64,000 nt of DNA from Eledone cirrhosa (taxonomy: Eukaryota). Where the stretch lies: NCBI GenBank assembly GCA_964016885.1, contig OZ024741.1, positions 205,902,001 through 205,966,000 on the forward strand, given 5' to 3'. The notes beneath the pieces were generated by a model that ran no database searches, was not told where the DNA came from, and saw nothing but the letters and a program-made list of their open reading frames with translations. How positions within the stretch are numbered: position 1 is the stretch's first letter; each line of letters opens with the position of its first letter. Shown here piece by piece: positions 27,801-41,989 of this stretch. The translations under genes were made by a program, and so were the position numbers.

Positions 27801-30800
27801 ATTGGTTCCAAGTGATCTGCATATGTTCCAAGTGATCTGAATATGTTCCAAGTGATCTGCATTTGTTCCAAGTGATCTGCATTTGTTCCAAGTGATCTGC
27901 ATATGTTTCAAATGATCTGCATATGTTCCAAGTGATATGCATATGTTCCAAGTGATCTGCATTTGTTCCAAGTGATCTGCCTATGTTCCAAGTGATCTGC
28001 ATATGTTCCAAGTGATCTGCATTTGTTCCAAATGATCTGCATTTGTTCCAAGTGATCTGCATTTGTTCCGAGTGATCTGCAATCTTCTAAGTGATCTGCA
28101 TTTGTTCCAAGTGATCTGCATTTGTTCCAAATGATCTGCATATGTTCCAAGTGATCTGTATATGTTCCAGGTGATCTTCATATGTTCCAAGTGATCTTCA
28201 TATGTTCCAAGCGATCTGCATTTGTTCTAAATGATGTGCATTTGTTCCAAGTGATCTGCATATATTCCAAGTGATCTGCATTTGTTTCAATTGTTCCTCT
28301 TTTGTTCCAAGTGATCTGCCTTTGTGCCAAGTGATCTGCATTTGTTCCCAGTGATCTGCATATGTTGTAAGCGATCTGCATATGTTCCAAGTGATCTGCA
28401 TATGTTCCAAGTGATCTGCATATGTTCCAAGTGATCTGAATATGTTCCCAGTGATCTGCATTTGTTCCAAGTGATCTGCATTTGTTACAAGTTATCTTCA
28501 TATGTTTCAAATGATCTGCATATGTTCCAAGTGATATGCATATGTTTCAAGTGATCTGCATTTGTTCCAAGTGATCCTCATTTGTTCCAAGTGATCTGCA
28601 TTTGTTCCAAGTGATCTGCATATGTTCCAAGTGATCTGAATATTTTCCAAGTGATCTGCATTTGTTCCAAGTGATCTGCATTTGTTCCAAGTGATCTGCA
28701 TTTTTTCCAAGTGATCCGCATACGTTCAAAGTGATGTGCATTTGTTCCAAGTGATCTGCATTTGATCCAAGTGATCTGCGTATGTTACAAATGATCTGCA
28801 TATGTTCCAAGTGATCTGCATATGTTCCAAATGATCTGCATTTGTTCCAAGTGATCTGAATTTGTTCCAAGTGATCTGCATATGTTCCAAGTGATATGCA
28901 TATGTTCCAAGTGATCTGCATTTGTTCCAAGTTATATGCATATGTTCCAAGTGATCTGCATATGTTCCAAGTGATCTGCTATGTTCCAAGTGATCTGCAT
29001 TTGTTCCAAGTGATCTGCATTTGTTCCAAGTGATCTGCATTTGTTCCAAGTGATCTGCATATGTTCCAAGTGATCTGCATGTTCCAAGTGATCTGCATTT
29101 GTTCCAAGTGATCTGAATTTGTTCCAAATGATCTGCATATGTTCTAAGTGATCTGCATATGTTCCAAGTGATCTGCATATGTTCCAAGTGATCTGCATAT
29201 GTTCCAAGTGATCTGCATTTGTTCCAAATGATCTGCATTTGTTCCAACGTGATCTGCATATGTTCCAAGTGATCTGCATATGTTCCAAGTGATCTGCATA
29301 TGTTCCAAGTGATCTGCCTATGTTCCAAGTGATCTGCATTTGTTCCAAGTGATCTGCATATGTTCCAAGTGATCTGCATATGTTCCAAGTGATCTGCATT
29401 TGATCCAATTGATCTGCATTTGATCCAATTGATCTGCATTTGTTCCAAGTGATCTGCATTTGTTCCAAGTGATCTGCATTTGTGCCAAGTGATCTGCATA
29501 TGTTCCAAGTGATCTGCATATGTTCCAAGTGATCTGCATATGTTCCAAGTGATCTGCATTTGTTTCAAGTGATCCTCATTTGTTCCAAGTGATCTGCATT
29601 TGTTCCAACGAGATCTGCATATGTTCCAAGTGATCAGTATATGTTCCAAGTCATCTGCATTTGTTCCAAGTGATCTGCATTTGATCCAATTGATCTGCAT
29701 TTGTTCCAAGTGATCTGCATTTGTTCCAAATAATCTGCATATGTTCCAAGTGATCTGCATATGTTCCAAGGGATCTGCATATGTTCCAAGTGATATGCAT
29801 TTGTTCCAACTCCTCTGTATTTGTTCCAAGTGATCTGCATTTTTTCCAAGTGATCTGCATTTGTTCCAAACGATCTGCATTTGTTCCAAGTGATCTGCAT
29901 ATGTTCCATGTGATCTGCATATGTTCCAAGCGATCTGCATTGGTTCCAAGTGATCTGCATATGTTCCAAGTGATCTGAATATGTTCCAAGTGATCTGCAT
30001 TTGTTCCAAGTGATCTGCATTTGTTCCAAGTGATCTGCATATGTTTCAAATGATCTGCATATGTTCCAAGTGATATGCATATGTTCCAAGTGATCTGCAT
30101 TTGTTCCAAGTGATCTGCCTATGTTCCAAGTGATCTGCATATGTTCCAAGTGATCTGCATTTGTTCCAAGTGATCTGCATTTGTTCCAAGTGATCTGCAT
30201 TTGTTCCGAGTGATCTGCAATCTTCTAAGTGATCTGCATTTGTTCCAAATGATCTGCATATGTTCCAAGTGATCTGTATATGTTCCAGGTGATCTTCATA
30301 TGTTCCAAGTGATCTTCATATGTTCCAAGCGATCTGCATTTGTTCTAAATGATCTGCATTTGTTCCAAGTGATCTGCATATATTCCAAGTGATCTGCATT
30401 TGTTTCAATTGTTCCTCTTTTGTTCCAAGTGATCTGCCTTTGTGCCAAGTGATCTGCATTTGTTCCCAGTGATCTGCATATGTTGTAAGCGATCTGCATA
30501 TATTCCAAGTGATCTGCATATGTTCCAAGTGATCTGCATATGTTCCAAGTGATCTGAATATGTTCCCAGTGATCTGCATTTGTTCCAAGTGATCTGCATT
30601 TGTTACAAGTTATCTTCATATGTTTCAAATGATCTGCATATGTTCCAAGTGATCTGCTATGTTCCAAGTGATCTGCATTTGTTCCAAGTGATCTGCATTT
30701 GTTCCAAGTGATCTGCATTTGTTCCAAGTGATCTGCATATGTTCCAAGTGATCTGCATGTTCCAAGTGATCTGCATTTGTTCCAAGTGATCTGAATTTGT

Positions 30801-33800
30801 TCCAAATGATCTGCATATGTTCTAAGTGATCTGCATATGTTCCAAGTGATCTGCATATGTTCCAAGTGATCTGCATATGTTCCAAGTGATCTGCATTTGT
30901 TCCAAATGATCTGCATTTGTTCCAAGTGATCTGCATATGTTCCAAGTGATCTGCATATGTTCCAAGTGATCTGCATATGTTCCAAGTGATCTGCCTATGT
31001 TCCAAGTGATCTGCATTTGTTCCAAGTGATCTGCATATGTTCCAAGTGATCTGCATATGTTCCAAGTGATCTGCATTTGATCCAATTGATCTGCATTTGT
31101 TCCAAGTGATCTGCATTTGTTCCAAGTGATCTGCATTTGTGCCAAGTGATCTGCATATGTTCCAAGTGATCTGCATATGTTCCAAGTGATCTGCATATGT
31201 TCCAAGTGATCTGCATTTGTTTCAAGTGATCCTCATTTGTTCCAAGTGATCTGCATTTGTTCCAACGAGATCTGCATATGTTCCAAGTGATCAGTATATG
31301 TTCCAAGTCATCTGCATTTGTTCCAAGTGATCTGCATTTGATCCAATTGATCTGCATTTGTTCCAAGTGATCTGCATTTGTTCCAAATAATCTGCATATG
31401 TTCCAAGTGATCTGCATATGTTCCAAGGGATCTGCATATGTTCCAAGTGATATGCATTTGTTCCAACTGCTCTGTATTTGTTCCAAGTGATCTGCATTTT
31501 TTCCAAGTGATCTGCATTTGTTCCAAACGATCTGCATTTGTTCCAAGTGATCTGCATATGTTCCATGTGATCTGCATATGTTCCAAGCGATCTGCATTGG
31601 TTCCAAGTGATCTGCATATGTTCCAAGTGATCTGAATATGTTCCAAGTGATCTGCATTTGTTCCAAGTGATCTGCATTTGTTCCAAGTGATCTGCATATG
31701 TTTCAAATGATCTGCATATGTTCCAAGTGATATGCATATGTTCCAAGTGATCTGCATTTGTTCCAAGTGATCTGCCTATGTTCCAAGTGATCTGCATATG
31801 TTCCAAGTGATCTGCATTTGTTCCAAATGATCTGCATTTGTTCCAAGTGATCTGCATTTGTTCCGAGTGATCTGCAATCTTCTAAGTGATCTGCATTTGT
31901 TCCAAGTGATCTGCATTTGTTCCAAATGATCTGCATATGTTCCAAGTGATCTGTATATGTTCCAGGTGATCTTCATATGTTCCAAGTGATCTTCATATGT
32001 TCCAAGCGATCTGCATTTGTTCTAAATGATGTGCATTTGTTCCAAGTGATCTGCATATATTCCAAGTGATCTGCATTTGTTTCAATTGTTCCTCTTTTAT
32101 TCCAAGTCATCTGCCTTTGTGCCAAGTGATCTGCATTTGTTCCCAGTGATCTGCATATGTTGTAAGCGATCTGCATATGTTCCAAGTGATCTGCATATGT
32201 TCCAAGTGATCTGCATATGTTCCAAGTGATCTGAATATGTTCCCAGTGATCTGCATTTGTTCCAAGTGATCTGCATTTGTTACAAGTTATCTTCATATGT
32301 TTCAAATGATCTGCATATGTTCCAAGTGATATGCATATGTTTCAAGTGATCTGCATTTGTTCCAAGTGATCCTCATTTGTTCCAAGTGATCTGCATTTGT
32401 TCCAAGTGATCTGCATATGTTCCAAGTGATCTGAATATTTTCCAAGTGATCTGCATTTGTTCCAAGTGATCTGCATTTGTTCCAAGTGATCTGCATTTTT
32501 TCCAAGTGATCCGCATACGTTCAAAGTGATGTGCATTTGTTCCAAGTGATCTGCATTTGATCCAAGTGATCTGCGTATGTTACAAATGATCTGCATATGT
32601 TCCAAGTGATCTGCATATGTTCCAAATGATCTGCATTTGTTCCAAGTGATCTGAATTTGTTCCAAGTGATCTGCATATGTTCCAAGTGATATGCATATGT
32701 TCCAAGTGATCTGCTATGTTCCAAGTGATCTGCATTTGTTCCAAGTGATGTGCATTTGTTCCAAGTGATCTGCATTTGTTCCAAGTGATCTGCATATGTT
32801 CCAAGTGATCTGCATGTTCCAAGTGATCTGCATTTGTTCCAAGTGATCTGAATTTGTTCCAAATGATCTGCATATGTTCTAAGTGATCTGCATATGTTCC
32901 AAGTGATCTGCATATGTTCCAAGTGATCTGCATATGTTCCAAGTGATCTGCATTTGTTCCAAATGATCTGCATTTGTTCCAAGTGATCTGCATATGTTCC
33001 AAGTGATCTGCATATGTTCCAAGTGATCTGCATATGTTCCAAGTGATCTGCCTATGTTCCAAGTGATCTGCATTTGTTCCAAGTGATCTGCATATGTTCC
33101 AAGTGATCTGCATATGTTCCAAGTGATCTGCATTTGATCCAATTGATCTGCATTTGATCCAATTGATCTGCATTTGTTCCAAGTGATCTGCATTTGTTCC
33201 AAGTGATCTGCATTTGTGCCAAGTGATCTGCATATGTTCCAAGTGATCTGCATATGTTCCAAGTGATCTGCATATGTTCCAAGTGATCTGCATTTGTTTC
33301 AAGTGATCCTCATTTGTTCCAAGTGATCTGCATTTGTTCCAACGAGATCTGCATATGTTCCAAGTGATCAGTATATGTTCCAAGTCATCTGCATTTGTTC
33401 CAAGTGATCTGCATTTGATCCAATTGATCTGCATTTGTTCCAAGTGATCTGCATTTGTTCCAAATAATCTGCATATGTTCCAAGTGATCTGCATATGTTC
33501 CAAGGGATCTGCATATGTTCCAAGTGATATGCATTTGTTCCAACTCCTCTGTATTTGTTCCAAGTGATCTGCATTTTTTCCAAGTGATCTGCATTTGTTC
33601 CAAACGATCTGCATTTGTTCCAAGTGATCTGCATATGTTCCATGTGATCTGCATATGTTCCAAGCGATCTGCATTGGTTCCAAGTGATCTGCATATGTTC
33701 CAAGTGATCTGAATATGTTCCAAGTGATCTGCATTTGTTCCAAGTGATCTGCATTTGTTCCAAGTGATCTGCATATGTTTCAAATGATCTGCATATGTTC

Positions 33801-36800
33801 CAAGTGATATGCATATGTTCCAAGTGATCTGCATTTGTTCCAAGTGATCTGCCTATGTTCCAAGTGATCTGCATATGTTCCAAGTGATCTGCATTTGTTC
33901 CAAGTGATCTGCATTTGTTCCAAGTGATCTGCATTTGTTCCGAGTGATCTGCAATCTTCTAAGTGATCTGCATTTGTTCCAAATGATCTGCATATGTTCC
34001 AAGTGATCTGTATATGTTCCAGGTGATCTTCATATGTTCCAAGTGATCTTCATATGTTCCAAGCGATCTGCATTTGTTCTAAATGATCTGCATTTGTTCC
34101 AAGTGATCTGCATATATTCCAAGTGATCTGCATTTGTTTCAATTGTTCCTCTTTTGTTCCAAGTGATCTGCCTTTGTGCCAAGTGATCTGCATTTGTTCC
34201 CAGTGATCTGCATATGTTGTAAGCGATCTGCATATATTCCAAGTGATCTGCATATGTTCCAAGTGATCTGCATATGTTCCAAGTGATCTGAATATGTTCC
34301 CAGTGATCTGCATTTGTTCCAAGTGATCTGCATTTGTTACAAGTTATCTTGATATGTTTCAAATGATCTGCATATGTTCCAAGTGATATGCATATGTTTC
34401 AAGTGATCTGCATTTGTTCCAAGTGATCCTCATTTGTTCCAAGTGATCTGCATTTGTTCCAAGTGATCTGCATATGTTCCAAGTGATCTGAATATTTTCC
34501 AAGTGATCTGCATTTGTTCCAAGTGATCTGCATTTGTTCCAAGTGATCTGCATTTTTTCCAAGTGATCCGCATACGTTCAAAGTGATGTGCATTTGTTCC
34601 AAGTGATCTGCATTTGATCCAAGTGATCTGCGTATGTTACAAATGATCTGCATATGTTCCAAGTGATCTGCATATGTTCCAAATGTTCTGCATTTGTTCC
34701 AAGTGATCTGAATTTGTCCCAAGTGATCTGCATATGTTCCAAGTGATCTGCATTTGTTCCAAGTGATCTGCATTTGTTCCAAGTGATCTGCATTTGTTCC
34801 AAGTGATTGGCATTTGTTCCAAGTGATCTGCATTTTTAGCAAGTGATCTGCATTTGTTCCAAGTGATCTGCATATGTTCCAAGTGATCTGCATTTGTTCC
34901 AATTGATCTGCATATGTTCCAAGTGATCTGCACATTTCCAAGTGATCTGCATTTGTTCCAAGTGATCTGCATTTGTTCCAAGCGATCTGCATTTGTTCCC
35001 AGGGATCTGCATATGTTCTAAGCGATCTGCATTTGTTCTAAGTGATCTGCATATGTTCCAAGTGATCTGCATATGTTCCAAGTGATCTGCATTTGTTCCA
35101 AATGATGTGCATTTGTTCCAAGTGATCTACATTTTTTCCAAGTGATCTGCATATGTTCCAAGTGATGTGAATATGTTCCAAGTGATCTGCATTTGTTCCA
35201 AGTGATCTGCATTTGTTCCAAGTGATCTGCATTTGTTCCAAGTGATTGGCATTTGTTCCAAGTGATCTGCATTTTTAGCAAGTGATCTGCATTTGTTCCA
35301 AGTGATCTGCATATGTTCCAAGTGATCTGCATTTGTTCCAATTGATCTGCATATGTTCCAAGTGATCTGCACATTTCCAAGTGATCTGCATTTGTTCCAA
35401 GTGATCTGCATTTGTTCCAAGTGATCTGCATTTGTTCCCAGTGATCTGCATATGTTCTAAGCGATCTGCATTTGTTCCAAGTGATCTGCATATGTTCCAA
35501 GTGATCTGCATATGTTCCAAGTGATCTGCATTTGTTCCAAATGATGTGCATTTGTTCCAAGTGATCTACATTTGTTCCAAGTGATCTGCATATGTTCCAA
35601 GTGATCTGCATATGTTCCAAGTGATCTGCATTTGATCCAATTGATCTTCATTTGTTCCAAGTGATCTGCATTTGTTCCAAGTGATCTGTATTTGTTCCAA
35701 GTAATCCGCATATGTTCCAAGTGATCTGCATATGTTCCAAGTGATCTGCATTTGTTCCAAGTGATCATCATTGGTTCCAAGTGATCTGCCTTTGTTCCAA
35801 GTGAACTGCATATGTTCCAAGTGATCTGTATATGTTACAAGTGATCTGCATTTGTTCAAAGTGATCTGCATTTGATCCAATTGATCTGTATTTGTTCCAA
35901 GAGATCTGCATTTGTTCCAAGTAATCTGCATACGTTCCAAGTGATCTGCATGTTCCAAGTGATCTGCATATGTTCCAAGTCCTCTGCATTTGTTCCAAGT
36001 GATCTGCAATTTTTTCCAAGTGATCTGCATTTGTTCAAAACGATCTGCATTTATTCCAAGTGATCTGCATATGTCCCATGTGATCTGCATATGTTCCAAG
36101 TGATCTGCATTTGTTCCAAGTGATCTACATATGTTTCAAGTGATCTGCCTATGTTCCAAGTGATATGCATATGTTCCAAGTGATTTGCATTTGTTCCAAG
36201 TGATCTGCATTTTTAGCAAGTGATCTGCATTTGTTCCAAGTGATCCTCATTTGTTCCAAGTGATCTGCATTTGTTCCAAGTGATCTGTATATATTCCAAG
36301 TGACCTGCATTTGTTCCAAGTGATCTGGATTTCTTCCAAGTGATCTGCATTTGTTTCAAGTGATCAGCATTCGATCTAAGTGATCTGCATATGTTCCAAG
36401 TGATCTGCATTTGTTCCAAGTGATTTGCATTTGTTCCAAGTGATCTGCATTTGTTCCAAGTGATCGGCATTTGTCCAAGTGATCTGCATTTGTTCCAAGT
36501 GATCTGTATATATTCCAAGTGACCTGCATTTGTTCCAAGTGATCTGCATTTCTTCCAAGTGATCTGCATTTGTTTCAAGTGATCAGCATTCGATCTAAGT
36601 GATCTGCATATGTTCCAAGTGATCTGCATTTGTTCCAAGTGATTTGCATTTGTTCCAAGTGATCTGCATTTTTAGCAAGTAAACTGCATTTGTTCCAAGT
36701 GATCTGCATATGTTCCAAGTGATCTGCATTTGTTCCAAGTGATCTGCATTTGTTCCAATTGATCTGCATATGTTGCAAGTGATCTGCATATGTTTCAAGA

Positions 36801-39800
36801 GATCTGTATTTGTTCCATGTGATGTGCATTTGTTCCAAGTGATCTGCATATGTTCCACGTGATCTGCATATGTTCCAAGTGATCTGCATATGTTCCAAGT
36901 GATCTGCATTTGTTCCAAGTCCTCTGCATTTGTTCTAAGTGATCTGCATTTGTTCCAAGCGATCTGCATATGTTCCAAGTGATCTGCATATATTCCAAGT
37001 GATCTGCATTTGATACAATTGATCTGCATTTGTTCCAAGTGATCTGCATTTGTTCCAAGTGATCGGCATTTGTCCAAGTGATCTGCATATGTTCCAAGTG
37101 ATCTGCATATGTTCCAAGTGATCTGCTTATGTTCCAAGTGATCTGCATTTGTTCCAAGTGATCTGCATTTGTTCCAAGTGATTTGCATTTGTTCCAAGTG
37201 ATCTGCATTTTTAGCAAGTGATCTGCATTTGTTCCAAGTGATCTGCATATGTTCCAATTGATCTGCATTTCTTCCAAGTGATCTGCATTTGTTCCAATTG
37301 ATCTGCATATGTTCCAAGTGATCTGCATATGTTCCAAGTGATCTGCATTTTTTCCAAGTGATCTGTATTCGTTCCAAGTGATCTGCATATGTTCCAAGTG
37401 ATCTGCATATGTTCCAAGTGATCTGCGTATGTTCCAAGTGATCTCAAAATGTTCCAAGTGATCTGCATTTGTTCCAAGTGATCTGCATATGTTCCAAGTG
37501 ATCTGCATATGTTCCAAGTGATCTGCATTTGATCCAATTGATCTGCATTTGTTCCAAGTGATCTGCATTTGTTCCAAGTGATCTGCATTTGTTCCAAGTA
37601 ATCTGCATATGTTCCAAGTGATCTGCATATGTTCCAAGTGATCTGCATATGTTCCAAGTGATCTGCATTTGTTCCAAGTGATCTGCATTTGATCCAATTG
37701 ATCTGCATTTGTTCCAAGTGATCTGCATTTGTTCCAAGTAATCTGCATATGTTCCAAGTGATCTGCATGTTCCAAGTGATCTGCATATGTTCCAAGTGAT
37801 CTGCATTTGTTCCAAGTCCTCTGCATTTGTTCCAAGTGATCTGCAATTTTTACCAAGTGATCTGCATTTGTTCAAAACAATCTGCATTTGTTCCAAGTGA
37901 TCTGCATATGTTCCATGTGATCTGCATATGTTCCAAGTGATCTGCATTTGTTCCAAGTGATCTACATATGTTTCAAGTGAGCTGCATATGTTCCAAGTGA
38001 TATGCATATGTTCCAAGTGATCTGCATTTGTTCCAAGTGATCTTCATTTGTTCCAAGTGATCTGCATTTGTTCCAAGAGATCTCCATATGTTCCAAGTGA
38101 TCTGTATATTTTGCAAGTGATCTGCATTTGTTCCAAGTGATCTGCATTTCTTCCAACTGATCTGCATTTGTTCCAAGTGATCTGCATATGTTCCAAGTGA
38201 CCTGCATTTGTACCAAGTGATCTTCATTTGTTCAAAGTGTTATTCATTTGCTCCAAGTGATTTGCATTTGTTCCAAGTGATCTGCATTTTTAGCAAGTGA
38301 TCTGCATTTGTTCCAAGTGATCTGCATATGTTCCAAGTGATCTGCATTTGTTCCAAGTGAGCTGCATGTGTTCCAAGTGATCTGCATTTGTTCCAAGTGA
38401 TCTGCATTTGTTCCAATTGATCTGCATTTGTTCCAAGTGATCTGCATATGTTCCAAGTGATCTGCATTTGATCGAATTGATCTACATTTGTTCCAAGTGA
38501 TCTGCATTTGTTCCAAGTGATCTGCATTTGTTCCAAGTAATCTGCATATGTTCCAAGTGATCTGCATATGTTCCAAGTGATCTGCCTATGTTCCAAGTGA
38601 TCTGCATTTGTTCCAAGTGATCCTCATTTGTTCCAAGTGATCTGCATTTGTTCCAAGTGATCTGCATATGTTCCAAGTGATCTGCATATGTTCCAAGTGA
38701 TCTGCATTTGTTCCAAGTGATCTGGATATGTTCCATGTGATCTGCATATGTTCCAAGTAATCTGCATTTGTTCCAAGTGATCTACATATGTTTCAAGTAT
38801 GTTCCAAGTGATATGCATATGTTCCAAGTGATCCGCATTTGTTCCAAGTGATCTGCATTTGTTCCAAGTGATCGGCATTTGTCCAAGTGATCTGCATATG
38901 TTCCAAGTGATCTGCATATGTTCCAAGTGATCTGCATATATTCCAAGTGATCTGCATTTGATACAATTGATCTGCATTTGTTCCAAGTGATCTGCATTTG
39001 TTCCAAGTGATCGGCATTTGTCCAAGTGATCTGCATATGTTCCAAGTGATCTGCATATGTTCCAAGTGATCTGCATATGTTCCAAGTGATCTGCATTTGT
39101 TCCAAGTGATCTTCATTTGATCCAAGTGATCTGCATTTGTTCCAAGTGATTTGCATTTGTTCCAAGTGATCTGCATTTTTAGCAAGTGATCTGCATTTGT
39201 TGCAATTGATCTGCATATGTTCCAAGTGATCTGCATTTGTTCCAAGTGATCTTCATTTGATCCAAGTGATCTGCATATGTTCCAAGTGATCTGCATATGT
39301 TCCATGTGATCTGCATTTGTTCCAAGTGATCTGCATTTGATCCAAGTGATCTGCGCATGTTCCAAGTGATCTGCATATGTTCCAAGTGATCTGCATATGT
39401 TCCAAGTGATCTGCATTTGTTCCAAATGATCTGCATTTGTTCCAAGTGATCTGCATATGTTCCATGTGATCTGCATATGTTCCACGTGATCTGCATTTGT
39501 TCCAAGTGATCTGCATTTGTTCCAAGAGATCTGCATTTGTTCCAAGTGATCTACATATGTTTCAAGTGATCTGCATATCTTCCAAGTGATATGCATATGT
39601 TCCAAGTGATTTGCATTTGTTCCAAGTGATCTGCATTTTTAGCAAGTGATCTGCATTTGTTCCAAGTGATCCTCAATTGTTCCAAGTGATCTGCATTTGT
39701 TCCAAGAGATCTGCATATGTTCCAAGTGATCTGTATATTTTCCATTGACCTGCATTTGTTTCAAGTGATCAGCATTCGATCCAAGTGATCTGCATATGTT

Positions 39801-40946
39801 CCAAGTGATCTGCATTTGTTCCAAGTGATTTGCATTTGTTCCAAGTGATCTGCATTTTTAGCAAGTAAACTGCATATATTCCAAGTGATCTGCATATGTT
39901 CCAAGTGATCTGCATTTGTTCCAAGTGATCTGCATTTGTTCCAATTGATCTGCATATGTTGCAAGTGATCTGCATATGTTTCAAGTGATCTGTATTTGTT
40001 CCATGTGATGTGCATTTGTTCCAAGTGATCTGCATATGTTCCACGTGATCTGCATATGTTCCAAGTGATCTGCATATGTTCCAAGTGATCTGCATTTGAT
40101 CCAATTGATCTGCATTTGTTCCAAGTGATCGGCATTTGTCCAAGTGATCTGCATATGTTCCAAGTCATCTGCATATGTTCCAAGTGATGTGCATATGTTC
40201 CAATTGATCTGCATTTGTTCCAAGCTATCTGCATTTGTTCCAAGTGATTTGCATTTGTTCCAAGTGATCTGCATTTTTAGCAAGTGATCTGCATTTGTTC
40301 CAAGTGATCTGCATTTGTTCCAAGTGATCGGCATTTGTCCAAGTGATCTGCATATGTTCCAAGTGATCTGCATATGTTCCAAGTAATCTGCATATGTTCC
40401 AAGTGATCTGCATTTGTTCCAAGTGATCTGCATTTGTTCCAAGTGATCTGCATTTTTAGCAAGTAAACTGCATTTGTTCCAAGTGATCTGCATATGTTCC
40501 AAGTGATCTGCATTTGTTCCAAGTGATCTGCATTTGTTCCAATTGATCTGCATATGTTGCAAGTGATCTGCATATGTTTCAAGAGATCTGTATTTGTTCC
40601 ATGTGATGTGCATTTGTTCCAAGTGATCTGCATATGTTCCACGTGATCTGCATATGTTCCAAGTGATCTGCATATGTTCCAAGTGATCTGCATTTGTTCC
40701 AAGTCCTCTGCATTTGTTCTAAGTGATCTGCATTTGTTCCAAGCGATCTGCATATGTTCCAAGTGATCTGCATATATTCCAAGTGATCTGCGTTTGATAC
40801 AATTGATCTGCATTTGTTCCAAGTGATCTGCATTTGTTCCAAGTGATCGGCATTTGTCCAAGTGATCTGCATATGTTCCAAGTGATCTGCATATGTTCCA
40901 AGTGATCTGCATATGTTCCAAGTGATCTGCATATGATGTGCATTTG
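3831..40946. repeat. 20-bp satellite array, consensus TTCCAAGTGATCTGCAT(A/T)TG, roughly 1850 monomers, with higher-order duplications
   Basis: Directly visible tandem 20-mers over about 37.1 kb in one orientation; occasional 18-, 19-, 21- and 24-bp variant units; recurring diagnostic variants such as AACTCCTCTGT, GCAATCTTCTAAG and CAATTGTTCCTCTTTT. Confidence 0.99.
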
Positions 40947-41029
40947 AAAGAGAAAGAGAGAGTGATAAAGAGAAAAAAAAATGTAATAAAAATAATAGCA
41001 GGACTCAGATTGAGTAAGTAACCAAGAAC

Positions 41030-41030
<1 letters not shown>

Positions 41031-41110
<80 letters not shown>
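41031..41110. repeat. (GA)n microsatellite
   Basis: Visible dinucleotide run just right of the satellite. Confidence 0.95.
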
Positions 41111-41533
41111 AAGAAAACATCTTAATGTTGAAAGAAATGTCATCTTAGAATATTCGGTACATGTATTAGATAAACGTGCTCACACATACAAAGAAAAAGA
41201 CATTAAATAATGCTTCAGTGATCAATCTATATATAAATTTGAGCGACTTCCATCCGTCCGTCATACAATGTGTGTGAGTGTGTGTTTGTGTGAATGTAAG
41301 TGTGTAAAAGAAAGGAAGGGGATGGTGAAAAACTACAGCAAAACAGCTGTATGTGTTTGTGTAAATGTGTGTGTGTGTGTGTGTGCGCGTTTGTGTGCAT
41401 GTTTGCTGTCTTGGCAGTAATATAAGGTCTTACTAAGAGATAATATTGATGTGACAGTGTCACTTCACTCGTTGTTGTAATCATATAGTTGAGCGAGTAT
41501 TGAGGATCGTCTGTGTCATGCATTATTTTATGG

Positions 41534-41654
41534 CTCTTTACGGTCTGAGTTCAAATCCCACCGAGGTTAACATCCTTACGGGGTCGATAAAATAAAGTAC
41601 CAGTAATGCACTGGGATAATTGCTGGCCTTGTGCCAAAAGTAGAAACAATTATT
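41534..41654 (+). mobile_element. 5'-truncated SINE (short variant) with 12-bp TSD
   Basis: B box GAGTTCAAATCCC, core and tail present; ATTATTTTATGG duplicated at 41522-41533 and 41649-41660. Confidence 0.85.
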
Positions 41655-41750
41655 TTATGGAGCTTGGAAAGATGAAAAGCAACACTGACATCGGTGACAT
41701 TTGAACTCAGAACACAACGAGCGTCCAGAGTAAATTCTGCATGGATTCAA
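41655..41750 (-). mobile_element. Older diverged antisense SINE fragment abutting the preceding copy
   Basis: GGAAAGATGAAAAGCAACACTGACATCGGTGACATTTGAACTCAGAAC is the degenerate reverse complement of the B box and core. Confidence 0.55.
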
Positions 41751-41989
41751 TCCGGTGCAATTGCATTCAACTAATTCTACATTAAATATGTCGACAGGAG
41801 TCGGAGGGTATTTATTATTATATTATTTAACTACAATATATTGCGGTATATTCCATTTTGGAGCAGATGTGCTGGGTGGATAATACTGACTGGGAGTGTG
41901 TATTTTATAGTATGGACGAACTTTATCGACGCCTAGCAGATGATTTGAGACACACTAAGGCCATTTTCCCTTTTATTATTGGTGTCTAT

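Noticed and set aside
3831-40946. CRISPR array or telomeric repeat
   Set aside because: No unique spacers and no cas genes; the array is interstitial with ordinary flanks on both sides and lacks a G-rich telomere-type motif.
3773-41143. Hundreds of overlapping minus-strand ORFs repeating MQITWNKCRSLGTNADHLE, up to 495 aa
   Set aside because: A 20-bp unit lacking stops on one strand yields the same peptide in all three frames. A stop-free 20-mer is common by chance, and variants freely introduce stops and frameshifts. No evidence of coding constraint.
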